Below, piece after piece: positions 62,143 through 64,000 of a stretch of DNA of 64,000 nt; the first letter of the stretch is position 1, and each line of letters opens with the position of its first letter. The translations under genes were made by a program, and so were the position numbers. The notes below the pieces were generated by a model. The model was not told where the DNA came from, searched no databases, and saw only the letters and a list, made by a program, of their open reading frames with translations. The DNA comes from Dipteris shenzhenensis (taxonomy: Eukaryota). Where the stretch lies: assembly GCA_047967505.1 (NCBI GenBank), contig CM106538.1, one strand, 5' to 3'.

Positions 62143-63821
62143 CACTGCTCTACTACTCCTCTCCCGATCCCCTCCATCCTCTCCATCCTCACGGGTCACG
62201 CTTGTTCTCAGCCAGCCAACGGGCAGCGTCTTTTCCATCACGAAAGATTCAGCTCGCAACTCTCTCACTTAGCCAGCCAATGGGTGGCTTCACCATAGTG
62301 AGGGAGCAGACATTCAGTGTTGCATTCAGCAGCTAGTAGCTAGCAGCTAACAACCGACAGCCAGCCATTGCCGCAGCAACAGCACGCATATGTGACAGGC
62401 AAGCGAGCAACAGCACGCATATGCATCGAAGAGGCGGCAACAACCAACAGCTAACAGAACAGCTAACAGCCGGCAGATTGCAAACGTGTACGACAGACAT
62501 CGTGGGAGCTTTCAGACACATCATTGCACAGGTATAAGCGTGGGTGGTGCAAGGGCATCGAGTGCCTAGGGGCATGCATTTCTGCGTTTTCTCATATCTC
62601 GAGGGAAGCACACATATTGTGTTTCGTGTCTTCCTGCTTCTTGATGGTGATCTTTTTTTTGTCATCACACGTGGAGGATCTTCTACTGAGTCCTACTTGG
62701 GCTCATATATCGAGGAGGGGAATTTCTTAATTTTTCGTTGTCTACGAGACAACATTACTCTATCACATTTTGCCATTGGCATTTGAGCCAGGGGTTCTAC
62801 TTGTCGCAGGGCTTTTACTCGCACTGAGGCTTAGCTTATGCCGCAAACAATGTCGAGACAGGTCTATCACCTAGCCAGTGATTGTACGTCAATGAAATCA
62901 TTCGAGTACAGCCATTAATGCAGTGTATGCATTTGCATGATCTGTTGATTGACACTTGCAGTGTATGCCTTTGTTGGACGCAATTCAAGGGATTTGCAGT
63001 CACATGCCTTGTATAAGCTGTGGAGGACATTTGCAGTGTTTATGCACGGAATGTGCCATCCCAACATGGGGCTTTTGATGCTACAGTGATTTGAAGTATT
63101 GTTGTATTTTTTATGTAGAGAGTACCTTCACGCAGTGGGTAGATTTGTTCAATTTTGTCCAACTTTGACTTTTGTCAAATTGGGGCTTTTGTAGCCTGAC
63201 CGACAATTTGTCCAGTGGGAGTACTCAGGATGAATTCTCTTGTCTCGTGGAGTGCATCTATGCCTTGAAAGTGCAAAATAAATTTGGGGCTTTTAGTCAA
63301 AAGTCAAATTTATCAGGTTTTACGATCAAATATCTGATTATCTTCACGCATTCAGAGGGCTTTTGAGCCACTTCACCTCTAGACTGTATATTCAGTTGGG
63401 GGGGAAGCTATTGGAACATTTGGAGGTCTAAAATCAGGGATTTTCATCAAAAATCAGAGATTTCCTGTTTTTTTTTAACAGTCCGGGACTGTCACACAAC
63501 AGGTTTGACCAGTTTTGACCATCAGAGAGCCAAAAAGTACTGCTGTTTTTTATTCGAACTGTTTTGGATTTTTTTGGAGCATCTTGACACAGCTATACCG
63601 CACTTTCGCCAGTGAAAATCACAGGAACAGCTTGCTGTACCTTTTCTGTAGCAAGTGGGAGAAAGACTTTAAGGTGGTTTTGTGCCACTGAAACAGTGAA
63701 AGATCACTTTCAACTTCACTTCCGCTGCGGGAGATTTATTTGGAGTGACTTGTGCTTTAATTGCACACCTATACAGGGAGTCAGGCAGTTCCATTGAGGA
63801 ACAAACTCTTCTTTCTTTACC

Positions 63822-64000
63822 ATGAGTTCTAGCAGCGACGTGTCGTCCTTGTTCCAGATAAAGAAGCTCAAAGGAGCTAAAAACTACGACATATGGAGGA
63901 CACAATGCTACAATGTGTTGATGCAGAAGGACCAGTACAAACCTATAAAGGAGAAGGGTGTTAAGCCCTCCAACATTACTGATGAGCAGTGGGAGAAGAT
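63822..64000 (+). CDS. gag: Start of Copia gag (open to the window edge)
   Basis: MSSSSDVSSLFQIKKLKGAKNYDIWRTQCYNVLMQKDQYKPIKEKGVKPSNITDEQWEK is a typical Copia gag N-terminus (KL.G..NY..W). Confidence 0.8.
   Translation, partial: MSSSSDVSSLFQIKKLKGAKNYDIWRTQCYNVLMQKDQYKPIKEKGVKPSNITDEQWEK

Overview
This is a repeat-dense eukaryotic window, almost certainly from a land plant, because it contains plant LHT and ABCG gene fragments and plant-type Copia/Gypsy elements. A fern-like origin is only an impression. I found no intact host gene. The dominant feature is a DNA-transposon family whose transposase carries P-element-superfamily motifs. It is present as: (1) a complete 12.2-kb element at 32637-44805 with perfect 16-bp TIRs (CTCGGGGGGGTCACTT) and an 8-bp TSD (CTTACACT), inserted in a ~180-bp satellite and carrying a captured lysine/histidine-transporter exon; (2) a 5'-truncated inverted copy at 22771-28243; (3) a diverged paralogue at 59058-61917; (4) three 247-bp MITEs with the same ends. 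The rest is nested and decayed: an Athila/Tat-like Ty3/Gypsy element with an extra ORF carrying a frameshifted PHD finger, two copies of a coiled-coil + RING-H2 ORF, several Ty1/Copia fragments, a CACTA-like element, other MITEs, a probable Helitron 5' end, an ABCG11-like pseudogene fragment and microsatellites. One Copia LTR pair lies in opposite orientations 21 kb apart, which suggests an inversion. All family assignments come from reading motifs by eye; no database searches were run.
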